This document shows, piece after piece, positions 9,767 to 20,413 of a stretch of DNA of 64,000 nucleotides. The DNA comes from Escherichia phage Baret: the sequence record OR896834.1; one strand, 5' to 3'. The notes below the pieces were generated by a model. That model was not told the DNA's origin. It did no database searches and worked only from the letters and a program-made list of their open reading frames with translations. Position numbers and translations under genes: made by a program. How positions within the stretch are numbered: the stretch's first letter is position 1; each line of letters begins with the position of its first letter.

Positions 9767-10163
9767 TTTAAAAGATATTACTCTTGATACTCGTACTATT
9801 ACTCTTTCCTACCCAGGTATGCCTAACTTTAAATTAGAACTTAACTATATGTCTCGTGCTACCTCTAAACGTGTTATTTCTTCTGCTAAACGCGATGAAT
9901 GGGTTAATGGTACTTTGATTCAGGTACAGGATGATGATAAGTTCATTGAAGCCTTCGTTGACGCAGCTATTAAAGGTTGGACCGGTTTGACTGTAGGTGA
10001 CGTTGAAAAACTGATGCTGATTGAAACAGATGCTGATCCTGCTACTGAAGTTCCTTTTAGCCGCGATAATGCTGTAATGCTCATGCAGAACTCTGCTGCG
10101 TTTGATTCTTGGATCAACCAGACAGTGTTCCACTTAGACACTTTTCGTAGCCCAAAAGCGTAA
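9759..10163 (+). CDS. tail assembly chaperone, short form (putative)
   Basis: ATG 9759 with GGAG RBS 9 nt upstream (ORF-track start 9744 is TTG); sits just upstream of tape measure gene; downstream ORF is open in +1 frame across its stop. Confidence 0.45.
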   Translation: MINLKDITLDTRTITLSYPGMPNFKLELNYMSRATSKRVISSAKRDEWVNGTLIQVQDDDKFIEAFVDAAIKGWTGLTVGDVEKLMLIETDADPATEVPFSRDNAVMLMQNSAAFDSWINQTVFHLDTFRSPKA

Positions 10164-10224
10164 AGAACTCCTAGATGCTGTTGCTGATTTTGCAGATAAG
10201 TGTATTAAAAGCTCAGCGTCTAAA

Positions 10225-10593
10225 ATGACTAAACAACAATATTTAATACTTTGTGAATCAATGGGTATAGAGCCTGATCCTAAGGCCATGCCTGTTGAAC
10301 TTGAAGACTTTCCACCTATTGTGGCTACTAGTATGAATATTTATAACAGTCTAATTGACTGCTTCATACCAGGTGACTTTCCTATCTTTATAGGTAAAGA
10401 TAAGGCTGCTCTAGGTGTTTTATTTGATATTTATGGGATTACTGATCCTATAGAGAAAGAATTTGTTCTACACATTATCAATATATTTGATGCTAAAGCT
10501 GTAGATGCTGCACGTAAACGTGCTGAGAAGCATAAACCGCAAAACGGAAGGATTCCTAACGTTAAGCCACATGCTAGATCTCGTGCACGGTAA
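10225..10593 (+). CDS. tail assembly chaperone C-terminal extension ORF (possibly expressed as frameshift fusion)
   Basis: no recognisable RBS before ATG 10225; its frame is open from 10138 and overlaps end of upstream ORF. Confidence 0.4.
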   Translation: MTKQQYLILCESMGIEPDPKAMPVELEDFPPIVATSMNIYNSLIDCFIPGDFPIFIGKDKAALGVLFDIYGITDPIEKEFVLHIINIFDAKAVDAARKRAEKHKPQNGRIPNVKPHARSRAR

Positions 10594-10628
10594 AAGTTTC
10601 CTCCAATGGGCGTTCCACGATGAGGCTT

Positions 10629-10660
10629 GGCTCTGGGTGATTTGCCCAGAGCCTTTTTTA
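10629..10660 (+). terminator. rho-independent terminator
   Basis: GGCTCTGGG-7nt-CCCAGAGCC hairpin followed by TTTTTT. Confidence 0.7.
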
Positions 10661-10676
10661 TTGGGAAAAATAAAAT

Positions 10677-13600
10677 ATGACTGATAAGCTAATACGAGAA
10701 TTACTAATAGACGTTAAACAGAAGGGGGCAACCCGTACTGCAAAGTCTATTGAAAACGTATCTGATGCATTAGAAAATGCTGCTGCTGCTTCCGAACTGA
10801 CAAATGAACAGTTAGGTAAAATGCCCAAAACTCTATATTCCATTGAGAGGGCAGCAGATAGAGCAGCGAAAAGTCTTACTAAAATGCAAGCTAGTAGGGG
10901 TATGGCTGGTATCACTAAATCCATTGATGGTATTGGTGATAAGCTAGATTACCTGGCTATCCAACTTATTGAAGTAACAGATAAGCTAGAAATTGGATTC
11001 GATGGAGTTTCTAGATCTGTTAAAGCAATGGGTAATGATGTTGCAGCTGCAACAGAGAAAGTTCAAGATAGATTGTATGACACTAATAGAGTTTTAGGCG
11101 GTACAACTAGAGGTTTTAATGATACTGCTGGTGCCGCTGGTAGAGCGTCTAGAGCCATTGGTAATACTTCTGGTTCAGCTCGTGGTGCAACTCGTGATTT
11201 TGCAGCAATGGCTAAGATAGGTGGTAGTTTACCTATTATGTACGCAGCTCTTGCTTCCAACATCTTCGTTTTGCAATCTGCATTCGAACAACTTAAATTA
11301 GGTGATCAGCTAAATCGTCTAGAAAAATTTGGTGTTATAGTAGGTACTCAGACAGGTACTCCTGTTCAGACCCTTGCTAGATCACTACAAGAAGCTGCTG
11401 GATATGCTATTTCTTTTGAGGAAGCAATGAGACAGGCATCTTCAGCATCTGCTTATGGATTTGATGCCGAACAACTTAATAAATTTGGTTTAGTAGCTCG
11501 TCGTGCTGCTGCTGTTCTTGGTGTTGATATGACTGATGCACTTAACCGTGTAATTAAGGGCGTATCTAAACAAGAAATCGAACTTCTGGATGAACTTGGT
11601 GTCACCATCCGTCTTAATGACGCATACGCTGATTATGTTAAACAGTTAAATGCTGCAAACACAGGTATAACATATAATGTTAATAGTCTTACCACTTTCC
11701 AGAAACAACAAGCATACGCTAATGCTGTTATAGCAGAGTCTACTAAACGTTTTGGTTACTTAGATGAAGTTTTACGTGCTACTCCGTGGGAGCAGTTTGC
11801 CGCTAATGCTGATGCCGCACTGAGAAAGATTCAGCAGGCTGCTGCTAAGTATTTAGGGCCGGTAATTGATGCTATCAACACAGTATTTTATACTTCTCAG
11901 GCTTCTATATCTGCTGAAGCAGCTAGAGCTCAAGAAAAAACCAATAGACAGATAGATCCTACCAACGTTGGTGCTGTTGCTTTAAGTTTGGCCGCTTCTG
12001 AAGAAGGCTATAATAAAGCTCTAGATATGTACAAGGAATCTCTTGATAAGCGTAATAAGCTAAAATCCGAATTCGATAAACGAATGGAGCAAGCGGATTT
12101 CTATACAAGATTAGCCATACGTCAAGTTGGTGAAGGTATTCCTGTTGGTCTTGCTGCTGCTGGTGCTTCCGAAGCTAATAAAAAGTTCGTAGAAGAAACT
12201 GCGGCTATGGGTCTACAAGTAACCAGACTAGGTAAGGAAGTAGAAGATTCTACTGAAAACCTTAATGCTTGGAAGTCAGCCTATCAAGCTGCGGGTGCTG
12301 CTGCTGCAAAAGCTAATCCAGAGTTTCAGAAACAGATTAATCTACAGAGAGATACTACTGATCCTGGTGCTGTATATGACTTTAACTCCACAGTATTAAA
12401 AGGACTAACTGAACAACAGAAAGCATATAATCAAACTAAGAAAACTGCTAGTGACTTAGCTAATGATATACAGAACGTTGCTCAGAATACAGATACTGCT
12501 GCTAAAACTAGTGCTACTTTAGCAGATGCTATAAAAAACATAGAATCTCTATCATTAGGCACTGGTAAGAGTGCCGATGAGTATGTTAAAAACCTTAACC
12601 TGGGCTATAACACACTGTCTGAAATGAAAACTGCATCTCAGGCTCTATCTGAGTATGTTAAACTAACTGGTAATGAAACTAAAAATCAGTTAGCAGTTCA
12701 ACAGAAAATAGCTGATGTGTACAACCAAACTAAGGATAAGGAAAAGGCTCAGGAAGCTGGTAGACGTTTAGAGTTGCAACAGTTAGAAGAGCAAGAAGCT
12801 GCTTTACGCCGTGTTCTTCAAACAAACCAGGGAAATAAAGCTGTTGAGAAAGAAATTGAAAAAATTCAGCTGGAGAAACTTAGACTTACCAATCAGGGTA
12901 TGGAAGCCCAGAAGAAGGTCAAGGATTACACAGATAAAATTCTTGGTGTAGATCGTGAGATAGCTCTCCTGAATGACCGTACTATGACTACTACTCAATA
13001 TAGATTAGCTCAGCTAAAACTAGAACTAACTGTAGAGAAAGAGAAGTACGAATGGTATACAAAACAAGCGGACAAACAGAAAGAGGCGGAACAGTCTAGA
13101 CGTGCGCAAGCACAAATAAGCCGGGAGTTATGGGAAGCGGAGAAGCAGGCAACTGCCTCACATGTATCAGCTCTCATGGATGCACTAGAAGTCAGCCAAA
13201 CACAAAGAAATGTTACTGGCCAAGCTCAGATTCTTACGGAAAGATTATCTGTTTTGCAAGAACAGCTAGAACTATCTAAGGGCAATACCGAAGAAGAGAT
13301 CAAGTATCGTAATGAGATCTATAAAACTGCTGCTGCTCTAGAGCAACTTAGAAAGCAAAGAGAAGGCCAAATGCAGCAACAGGTAGGATCTTCTGTGGGT
13401 GCTGTGTACACTCCTACAACTGGACTATCTGGGGAAGACAAAGATTTTGCAGATATGCAAAATAGAATGGCTTCTTATGATCAGGCAATCTCTAAGCTAT
13501 CTGAATTAAATTCTGAAGCAACCGCTGTGGCTCAAAGTATGGGTAACTTAACTAACGCTATGATTCAGTTCTCTCAGGGATCCTTAGATACTACCTCCTT

Positions 13601-14357
13601 GATTGCTTCTGGCATGCAAACTGTATCTTCTATGATTCAGTATAGTACTAGTCAACAGGTTAGTGCTATTGATGCAGCTATCGCAGCGGAGCAGAAACGT
13701 GATGGTAAATCAGAAGCATCTAAAGCTAAATTGAAGAAGCTAGAAGCTGAAAAGCTGAAGATTCAACAAGACGCAGCTAAGAAGCAGATTATCATCCAAA
13801 CTGCGGTAGCAGTAATGCAAGCGGCAACAGCTGTACCGTACCCGTTCTCTATTCCTTTGATGGTGGCGGCAGGTTTAGCAGGTGCCTTAGCTCTTGCTCA
13901 AGCATCTTCTGCTTCTGGTATGTCAAGTATTGCTGATTCTGGAGCGGATACAACTAGTTACTTAACCTTAGGAGAGCGTCAGAAGAATATAGATGTGTCT
14001 ATGTCTGCTAATGCTGGTGAATTATCTTATATCCGTGGTGATAAAGGCATAGGCGGTGCTAACTCTTTCGTTCCTCGTGCTGAGGGTGGTAATATGTACC
14101 CTGGGGTTAGCTATCAAATGGGTGAGCATGGTACAGAAGTAGTTACCCCTATGGTTCCTATGAAAGCTACGCCTAATGATGAGCTAAAAACCTCATCTAA
14201 CTCAACTTCAGGAAGACCTATCATCCTGAATATTAGTGCTATGGATGCTGCAAGTTTTAGAGAGTTTGCTTCTAGTAATAGTAGTGCTCTAAGAGACGCA
14301 GTGGAATTAGCTCTGAATGAGAACGGTGCTAGTCTGAAAACATTAGGAAATTCTTAA
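10677..14357 (+). CDS. tail tape measure protein
   Basis: 1226 aa, long alpha-helical/coiled-coil protein with Ala/Gln-rich repeats, upstream of distal tail and hub genes. Confidence 0.85.
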   Translation: MTDKLIRELLIDVKQKGATRTAKSIENVSDALENAAAASELTNEQLGKMPKTLYSIERAADRAAKSLTKMQASRGMAGITKSIDGIGDKLDYLAIQLIEVTDKLEIGFDGVSRSVKAMGNDVAAATEKVQDRLYDTNRVLGGTTRGFNDTAGAAGRASRAIGNTSGSARGATRDFAAMAKIGGSLPIMYAALASNIFVLQSAFEQLKLGDQLNRLEKFGVIVGTQTGTPVQTLARSLQEAAGYAISFEEAMRQASSASAYGFDAEQLNKFGLVARRAAAVLGVDMTDALNRVIKGVSKQEIELLDELGVTIRLNDAYADYVKQLNAANTGITYNVNSLTTFQKQQAYANAVIAESTKRFGYLDEVLRATPWEQFAANADAALRKIQQAAAKYLGPVIDAINTVFYTSQASISAEAARAQEKTNRQIDPTNVGAVALSLAASEEGYNKALDMYKESLDKRNKLKSEFDKRMEQADFYTRLAIRQVGEGIPVGLAAAGASEANKKFVEETAAMGLQVTRLGKEVEDSTENLNAWKSAYQAAGAAAAKANPEFQKQINLQRDTTDPGAVYDFNSTVLKGLTEQQKAYNQTKKTASDLANDIQNVAQNTDTAAKTSATLADAIKNIESLSLGTGKSADEYVKNLNLGYNTLSEMKTASQALSEYVKLTGNETKNQLAVQQKIADVYNQTKDKEKAQEAGRRLELQQLEEQEAALRRVLQTNQGNKAVEKEIEKIQLEKLRLTNQGMEAQKKVKDYTDKILGVDREIALLNDRTMTTTQYRLAQLKLELTVEKEKYEWYTKQADKQKEAEQSRRAQAQISRELWEAEKQATASHVSALMDALEVSQTQRNVTGQAQILTERLSVLQEQLELSKGNTEEEIKYRNEIYKTAAALEQLRKQREGQMQQQVGSSVGAVYTPTTGLSGEDKDFADMQNRMASYDQAISKLSELNSEATAVAQSMGNLTNAMIQFSQGSLDTTSLIASGMQTVSSMIQYSTSQQVSAIDAAIAAEQKRDGKSEASKAKLKKLEAEKLKIQQDAAKKQIIIQTAVAVMQAATAVPYPFSIPLMVAAGLAGALALAQASSASGMSSIADSGADTTSYLTLGERQKNIDVSMSANAGELSYIRGDKGIGGANSFVPRAEGGNMYPGVSYQMGEHGTEVVTPMVPMKATPNDELKTSSNSTSGRPIILNISAMDAASFREFASSNSSALRDAVELALNENGASLKTLGNS

Positions 14358-14364
14358 AACTGGA

Positions 14365-14390
14365 GGAGGACTTTGAGTCCTCCTTTTCTT
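14365..14390 (+). terminator. rho-independent terminator after tape measure gene
   Basis: GGAGGACT-ttg-AGTCCTCC hairpin followed by TTTT. Confidence 0.7.
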
Positions 14391-14410
14391 TATGGAAAAA
14401 TAAAAATTTC

Positions 14411-14439
14411 TTGATAAAATTTTCTAATACTATTATAAT
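14411..14439 (+). promoter_or_regulatory. sigma70-type promoter (TTGATA-17-TATAAT) inside late structural operon
   Basis: -35 TTGATA 14411-14416, 17-nt spacer, -10 TATAAT 14434-14439, AT-rich upstream; GAGGAG RBS and ATG 14467 follow. Confidence 0.5.
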
Positions 14440-14466
14440 ATTGTTATTAAAGAGGAGAAATTAACT

Positions 14467-15081
14467 ATGAGATTACCAGACCCATACACGAATCCAGAAC
14501 TTTCAGGCTTAGGATTCGAAAGTGTTAACCTGATTGATAATGACCCAGTAATTCGTGATGAGTTACCAAATGGTAAAGTTAACGAAGTTAAGGTATCTGC
14601 TCAATACTGGGGTATAAATATTTCTTATCCAGAATTATTTCCAGATGAATATAGTGTTCTAGATGCATTTATTCTAGAATACAAAAGGACTGGTGGTTAT
14701 ATAGATGTTATATTACCCCAATACGAAGCTTTTAGAGTTAGAGGTAATACTAGTCTAGTAAATATACCTGCTGGACAGAAAGGTTCTAATATAACTATGG
14801 ATACAAAAGGACTTCTTACAGGTACTCCAAAACCGGGGGATCTATTTAAGCTGTCTAACCACCCAAAAGTATATAAAATAACATCATTTAACAAATCAGG
14901 TAATACATGGTCTATAAACTTATACCCTGATTTATTTATAACTACTACTGGAGCGGAGAAGCCAGTATTTAATGGAATACTATTTAGAACAAAACTCATG
15001 AATGGTGATGCTTTTGGATCTACACTAAATAATAACGGAACATACTCCAACATCTCATTAAATTTACGGGAAAGTCTATGA
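14467..15081 (+). CDS. distal tail protein (pb9-like)
   Basis: 204 aa immediately after tape measure; synteny. Confidence 0.55.
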   Translation: MRLPDPYTNPELSGLGFESVNLIDNDPVIRDELPNGKVNEVKVSAQYWGINISYPELFPDEYSVLDAFILEYKRTGGYIDVILPQYEAFRVRGNTSLVNIPAGQKGSNITMDTKGLLTGTPKPGDLFKLSNHPKVYKITSFNKSGNTWSINLYPDLFITTTGAEKPVFNGILFRTKLMNGDAFGSTLNNNGTYSNISLNLRESL

Positions 15082-17927
15082 AAAAAATATTAGATAGTGC
15101 CAGAAACTACTTAAAAAATAATAGCAGAATAAAAACTGCTAGTCTAATTTCTCTAGAATTACCCGGCTCTACTGGTACTAGTACTGCTTTTATTTACTTA
15201 ACTGACTATTTTAGAGATGTACTATATAACGGTATTCTGTATCAGGCCGGTAAAGTTAAGTCTATTAGCACACATAAACAAAATAGAGATTTATCTATTG
15301 GCAGCCTATCTTTTACTATTACAGGTACAGCTCAGGATGAAGTACTGAAATTAGTGCAGAATGGTGTGTCCTTTTTAGATAGACTAGTATCAATTCATCA
15401 AGCAGTTATTACAGAGGATGGTTCTATTTTACCTGTAGACCCAGACACAAATGGGCCTTTATTATACTTTAGAGGTAGAATTACTGGTGGAGGTATTAAG
15501 GATAATATTAGTACTTCGGGAGTTGGAACCTCCACAATTACTTGGAATTGTTCTAACCAATTCTATGATTTTGATAGGGTTAATGGTAGATTTACTGATG
15601 ATGCTTCTCATAGAGGGCTTGAGATTGTAGCAGGACAATTAGTTCCATCTAACGGGGCTAAAAGACTTGAGTACCAAGAAGATTATGGGTTCTTTCATGC
15701 CAATAAAAGTATCTCTATTCTAGCAAAATATCAGGTACAGGAAGAAAGATACAAGCTAAAGTCTAAGAAAAAGCTATTTGGACTATCTAGAAGTTATAGT
15801 CTTAAAAAGTATTATGAGACTGTTACTAAAGAAGTAGATATAGATTTTAACCTTGCTGCTAAGTATATACCAGTAGTTTATGGTGTACAGAAAATACCAG
15901 GAATACCTATTTTTGCGGATACGGAATTACACAATCCTAATATAGTTTATGTAGTATATGCTTTTGCTGAAGGAGAGATAGACGGTTTTCTTGACTTTTC
16001 CTTTGGTGATAATCCTATGATTTGTATGGACTCTAATGATAGCTCTGCTAGAACCTGCTTCGGTGTTAAAAAAGTAGCAGGAGACACCATGCAAAGAATA
16101 GCATCAGGAATACCTTCTAGTAGTCCTTCTGTGCATGGCCAGGAATACAAGTATAACGATGGTAATGGTGATATAAGGATTTGGACTTACCATGGAAAAG
16201 CTGATCAAACAGCTTCTGAAGTATTAGTAGATATAGCGAAGGAACGTGGGTTCTACCTCCAAAATATGAATGGTAATGGGCCTGAGTACTGGGATGCTAG
16301 ATATAAACTATTAGATACTGCATACGCGGTAGTACGCTTTACTATTAATGAAAACAGAACTGAGATTCCAGAAGTTAGTGCTGAGATTCAGGGTAAGAAG
16401 ATAAAAATCTACCATTCTGATGGTAGAGTAACTGCTAATAGTACTAGTTTAAATGGTATTTGGCAAACACTTGACTACTTAACTTCAGATAGGTATGGTG
16501 CAAACATTGCTATTGATCAGTTCCCTCTCCAACAATTAGTACAAGAAGCTGCTATCTTAGATATTATAGATGAATCTTACCAAGTATCCTGGCAGCCATA
16601 CTGGAGATATGTTGGGTGGACTGATCCATTAGCAGAAAATAGACAAATAGTACAAATGAATACTATTCTAGATACATCTGAATCAGTATTTAAAAACGTG
16701 CAAGGTTTGCTAGAGTCCTACGGTGGGGCTATTAACAACTTATCTGGTCAATATAGGATTACTGTAGAAAAATATTCTAATACTCCATTAGAGATTAATT
16801 TTCTGGATACTTATGGTGATTTAGAGCTATCAGATACTACTGGTAGAAATAAATTCAACTCAGTTCAAGCATCCATAGTAGACCCAGCTCTTAGCTGGAA
16901 AACTAACTCTATTACCTTTTATAACTCTAAATATAAAGAGCAAGATAAAAATTTAGATAAAAAATTACAATTATCTTTTGCAAATATAACTAACTACTAT
17001 ACTGCTAGAAGTTTTGCAGACAGAGAACTTAAGAAATCTAGGTATTCTAGAACCCTCTCATTCTCTTTACCATATCAATTCATTGGTATTGAGCCTAACG
17101 ATGCTATTGCATTTACATACGACCGTTACGGATGGGATAAGAAGTACTTTTTAGTAGATGAAGTAGAAAACTCTAGAGAAGGAAAGATAAATGTTACTCT
17201 ACAGGAATATGGGGAAGATGTATTTATCAACTCTGATCAAGTAGATAATAGTGGTAATGATATACCAGATATTAGTAACAACGTTCTTCCTCCTAGAGAT
17301 TTTAAATATACTCCTACACCCGGTGGTTTAGTTGGTTCTATAGGAAAAAATGGTGAGTTATCTTGGCTTCCAAGCTTAACTAATAACGTAGTTTATTATT
17401 CTATCGTACATTCCGGTCATGCTGAGCCTTATACTGTGCAGCAACTAGAAACAAATCCCAATGAACGCATGATCCAAGAGATAATTGGAGAGCCTGCAGG
17501 CTTAGCGATATTTGAAATAAGAGCTGTGGATATAAACGGTAGAAGAAGTTCTCCAGTAACATTATCTATAGAACTTAACTCTGCTAAAAACCTTAGTGTA
17601 GTATCTAATTTTAGGGTAACTAATACTGCTTCTGGAGATGTAACTGAGTTTGTTGGCCCAGATGTGAAACTAGCCTGGGATAGAATACCTGAAGAAGATA
17701 TAATAGAGAGTATATTTTATACCCTTGAAATACACGATTCGCAAAATAGGATGTTAAGAAGTGTACGTATTGAAAATCAGTATACTTATGACTATTTATT
17801 AACATATAATAAGGCAGACTTTGCTCTCCAGAACAGCGGTGCTCTAGGTATAAATAGAAAATTGTATTTTCGTATTAGAGCTGAAGGGGATGATGGAGAA
17901 CAGTCTGTGGAGTGGGCATCCATTTAA
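15078..17927 (+). CDS. baseplate hub protein (pb3-like)
   Basis: 949 aa following distal tail protein; start overlaps upstream stop. Confidence 0.6.
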   Translation: MKKILDSARNYLKNNSRIKTASLISLELPGSTGTSTAFIYLTDYFRDVLYNGILYQAGKVKSISTHKQNRDLSIGSLSFTITGTAQDEVLKLVQNGVSFLDRLVSIHQAVITEDGSILPVDPDTNGPLLYFRGRITGGGIKDNISTSGVGTSTITWNCSNQFYDFDRVNGRFTDDASHRGLEIVAGQLVPSNGAKRLEYQEDYGFFHANKSISILAKYQVQEERYKLKSKKKLFGLSRSYSLKKYYETVTKEVDIDFNLAAKYIPVVYGVQKIPGIPIFADTELHNPNIVYVVYAFAEGEIDGFLDFSFGDNPMICMDSNDSSARTCFGVKKVAGDTMQRIASGIPSSSPSVHGQEYKYNDGNGDIRIWTYHGKADQTASEVLVDIAKERGFYLQNMNGNGPEYWDARYKLLDTAYAVVRFTINENRTEIPEVSAEIQGKKIKIYHSDGRVTANSTSLNGIWQTLDYLTSDRYGANIAIDQFPLQQLVQEAAILDIIDESYQVSWQPYWRYVGWTDPLAENRQIVQMNTILDTSESVFKNVQGLLESYGGAINNLSGQYRITVEKYSNTPLEINFLDTYGDLELSDTTGRNKFNSVQASIVDPALSWKTNSITFYNSKYKEQDKNLDKKLQLSFANITNYYTARSFADRELKKSRYSRTLSFSLPYQFIGIEPNDAIAFTYDRYGWDKKYFLVDEVENSREGKINVTLQEYGEDVFINSDQVDNSGNDIPDISNNVLPPRDFKYTPTPGGLVGSIGKNGELSWLPSLTNNVVYYSIVHSGHAEPYTVQQLETNPNERMIQEIIGEPAGLAIFEIRAVDINGRRSSPVTLSIELNSAKNLSVVSNFRVTNTASGDVTEFVGPDVKLAWDRIPEEDIIESIFYTLEIHDSQNRMLRSVRIENQYTYDYLLTYNKADFALQNSGALGINRKLYFRIRAEGDDGEQSVEWASI

Positions 17928-19984
17928 TGATTTCAAATAATGCACCAGCCAAAATGGTCTTAAATAGTATAATGACTGGATATACTTTGGCATATGTCCA
18001 GCACTCTATATATACTGACTATGACGTTATTGGTAGATCTTTTTGGTTAAAAACAGGGGAAAGTATAGATAGACGTGATTATACTGGTATAGATACTTTC
18101 TTCGTAATGATTAATAACCTGACCCCTTCAACCTCTTACGAGATTCAAGGGGCTTTTTATGATTCTATTATAGACTCTGAGCTATTAGAGGCTAAGATCG
18201 GTATAAATTTATCTAATAAAACTACCTTTAGTACTAAGAGAAAACCTACTATTACTGCTGCTCGATCAGAAGCAGATCCAGTAGATGTGGGTGTTGGTGC
18301 TCCAATAGTAGTTATAGAAACTACGGGAGAAGCTAGTTATTGTACTATTGAGCTAAAGAGTACTCAACCTTCAAATAGCCCGTGGGTAAAGCATTATATA
18401 GGTCCACTATCCCCCACTATTAGATTTGGTGGTGTTCCTGTTGGGGATTACAAAGTACGCATATCAGGGCAAGTTACTATGCCTGATGGTGTAACGGTAG
18501 ACTCCTCTGGGTACTTTGAATTTTCCAAAGTTCTTACTGTAGAATATAACTTTGTACCTCCTACTGCTCCTAATAACATTACCTTCAAAGCTGCAAGAAT
18601 AGCGGATGGTAAAGAGAGATATGACCTCCGTGTACAGTGGGAATGGGATAGAGGAGCTGGAGCTAACGTTCGCGAATTTGTTGTTTCTTACATAGATTCA
18701 GTAGAATTCAAAAAAACTGGATGGACTAAAGCCCAAAAAATTAACGTAGGTGCTGCACAAGCGGCAACTATTATATCGTTTCCGTGGAAAATTGAGCATA
18801 AATTTAAAGTCTCTTCTATAGCATGGGGGCCAGATGCTCAAGATGTTACAGATTCCGCAGTACAGACTTTTATACTAAATGAGGATACTCCTCTTGACAA
18901 TAGTTTTGTTAATGAAACGGGTATTGAAGTAAACTATGCGTATATTAAGGGTAAGATCAAAGATGGATCTACTTGGAAACAAACATTTTTAATTGATGCC
19001 GCTACCGGTGCTATTAACATAGGTCTTCTAGATGCTGAAGGAAAAGCACCAATATCTTTTGATCCGATTAAAAAGATAGTTAACGTTGATGGTAGTGTTA
19101 TAACTAAAACTATCAATGCTGCTAACTTTGTAATGACCAATCTAACTGGCCAAGATAACCCTGCAATCTATACTCAAGGTAAAACTTGGGGGGATACAAA
19201 ATCTGGTATCTGGATGGGAATGGATAATACTTCCGCTAAACCAAAGTTAGATATAGGTAATGCTACTCAGTGGATACGCTATGATGGTACTACACTTCGT
19301 ATTTCTAGTGGTGTTGTTATAGGAACTCCTAATGGTGACGTGGATCTTGGTACAGGTATGCAAGGTAAGCAAACGGTATTTGTTTACAAACTCGGTAAAA
19401 GCTTGCCTGCTAAACCTCTAGAACAAGATTACCCGCCTCCTGGATGGTCTAAAACACCACCAAATCGTACTGATATGACCCAAAATATCTATGCTACTAC
19501 TGGTACTCTAGATCCTGTTACTAATAAGTTATTAGAGGGTACTAGTTGGGCAGATGTGGTTCAGTGGAGTGGTACTGAAGGTACTATAGGGCATGATGGA
19601 CAACGTGGTCCTGGGATGTATTCTGTAGGTATAGCAGGTTTAGGTGGTTGGGATGATGGACAAGCTAATTCCTTCTTTCAAAGTAACTTCGGTTCTCCCC
19701 CAGTTAAATATGATGTATTAACTGAATTTAATAGTAATGCCCCACAATCAGCATTTACAAGGCAATGGAATGGGTCTGGTTGGATTAACCCTGCAATGGT
19801 TCTCCATGGAAACATGATTGTTAATGGGACGGTGACGGCAGATAAAATTGTAGCAGGAAATGCTTTCTTATCTCAGATCGGTGTTAACATCATTTATGAT
19901 AGGAATGCTGCATTATCGGGAAACCCTGAGGCATACTACAAGATGAAGATAGACCTAAATAGTGGGTATATCCATATAAGGTAA
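17927..19984 (+). CDS. central straight fibre / tail tip protein (pb4-like)
   Basis: ATG 17927 overlaps hub stop (TAATG); ORF-track start 17912 is GTG; synteny. Confidence 0.5.
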   Translation: MISNNAPAKMVLNSIMTGYTLAYVQHSIYTDYDVIGRSFWLKTGESIDRRDYTGIDTFFVMINNLTPSTSYEIQGAFYDSIIDSELLEAKIGINLSNKTTFSTKRKPTITAARSEADPVDVGVGAPIVVIETTGEASYCTIELKSTQPSNSPWVKHYIGPLSPTIRFGGVPVGDYKVRISGQVTMPDGVTVDSSGYFEFSKVLTVEYNFVPPTAPNNITFKAARIADGKERYDLRVQWEWDRGAGANVREFVVSYIDSVEFKKTGWTKAQKINVGAAQAATIISFPWKIEHKFKVSSIAWGPDAQDVTDSAVQTFILNEDTPLDNSFVNETGIEVNYAYIKGKIKDGSTWKQTFLIDAATGAINIGLLDAEGKAPISFDPIKKIVNVDGSVITKTINAANFVMTNLTGQDNPAIYTQGKTWGDTKSGIWMGMDNTSAKPKLDIGNATQWIRYDGTTLRISSGVVIGTPNGDVDLGTGMQGKQTVFVYKLGKSLPAKPLEQDYPPPGWSKTPPNRTDMTQNIYATTGTLDPVTNKLLEGTSWADVVQWSGTEGTIGHDGQRGPGMYSVGIAGLGGWDDGQANSFFQSNFGSPPVKYDVLTEFNSNAPQSAFTRQWNGSGWINPAMVLHGNMIVNGTVTADKIVAGNAFLSQIGVNIIYDRNAALSGNPEAYYKMKIDLNSGYIHIR

Positions 19985-19990
19985 TAAATA

Positions 19991-20413
19991 ATGAGTACTG
20001 AAAATAGAGTTATAGACTTAGTGATAGATGAGAAAGTACCTTATGGTCTAATGATGCAATTCTTAGATGTTGATGATAGTACTTATCCGCATACAAATAC
20101 CCCTGTTAACTTAACAGGGTATTCTCTAAGAGGTACTATAAAGACCAGTCTTGATGAGAATGCGGAAACTTTGGCATCTTTTACTACTAAAATTATTGAT
20201 GCTGCTCAAGGTGCTATAGCCATAAGTTTGCCCGTAGAGGCGGTAGAGAATATTGGTGCCAAAGCCACCAAAGAAAGAGATAAATATAATCCTCGCCAAC
20301 GTTTTGCAGGATACTATGACATAATTATGACACGAGATGTCATAGGATCAGCTATTAGCTCCTTTCGTATAATGGAGGGTAAAGTATTTATCAGTGATGG
20401 GGTAACTAAATAA
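19991..20413 (+). CDS. small tail collar protein (p132-like)
   Basis: 140 aa between pb4-like gene and tail-fibre gene. Confidence 0.45.
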   Translation: MSTENRVIDLVIDEKVPYGLMMQFLDVDDSTYPHTNTPVNLTGYSLRGTIKTSLDENAETLASFTTKIIDAAQGAIAISLPVEAVENIGAKATKERDKYNPRQRFAGYYDIIMTRDVIGSAISSFRIMEGKVFISDGVTK

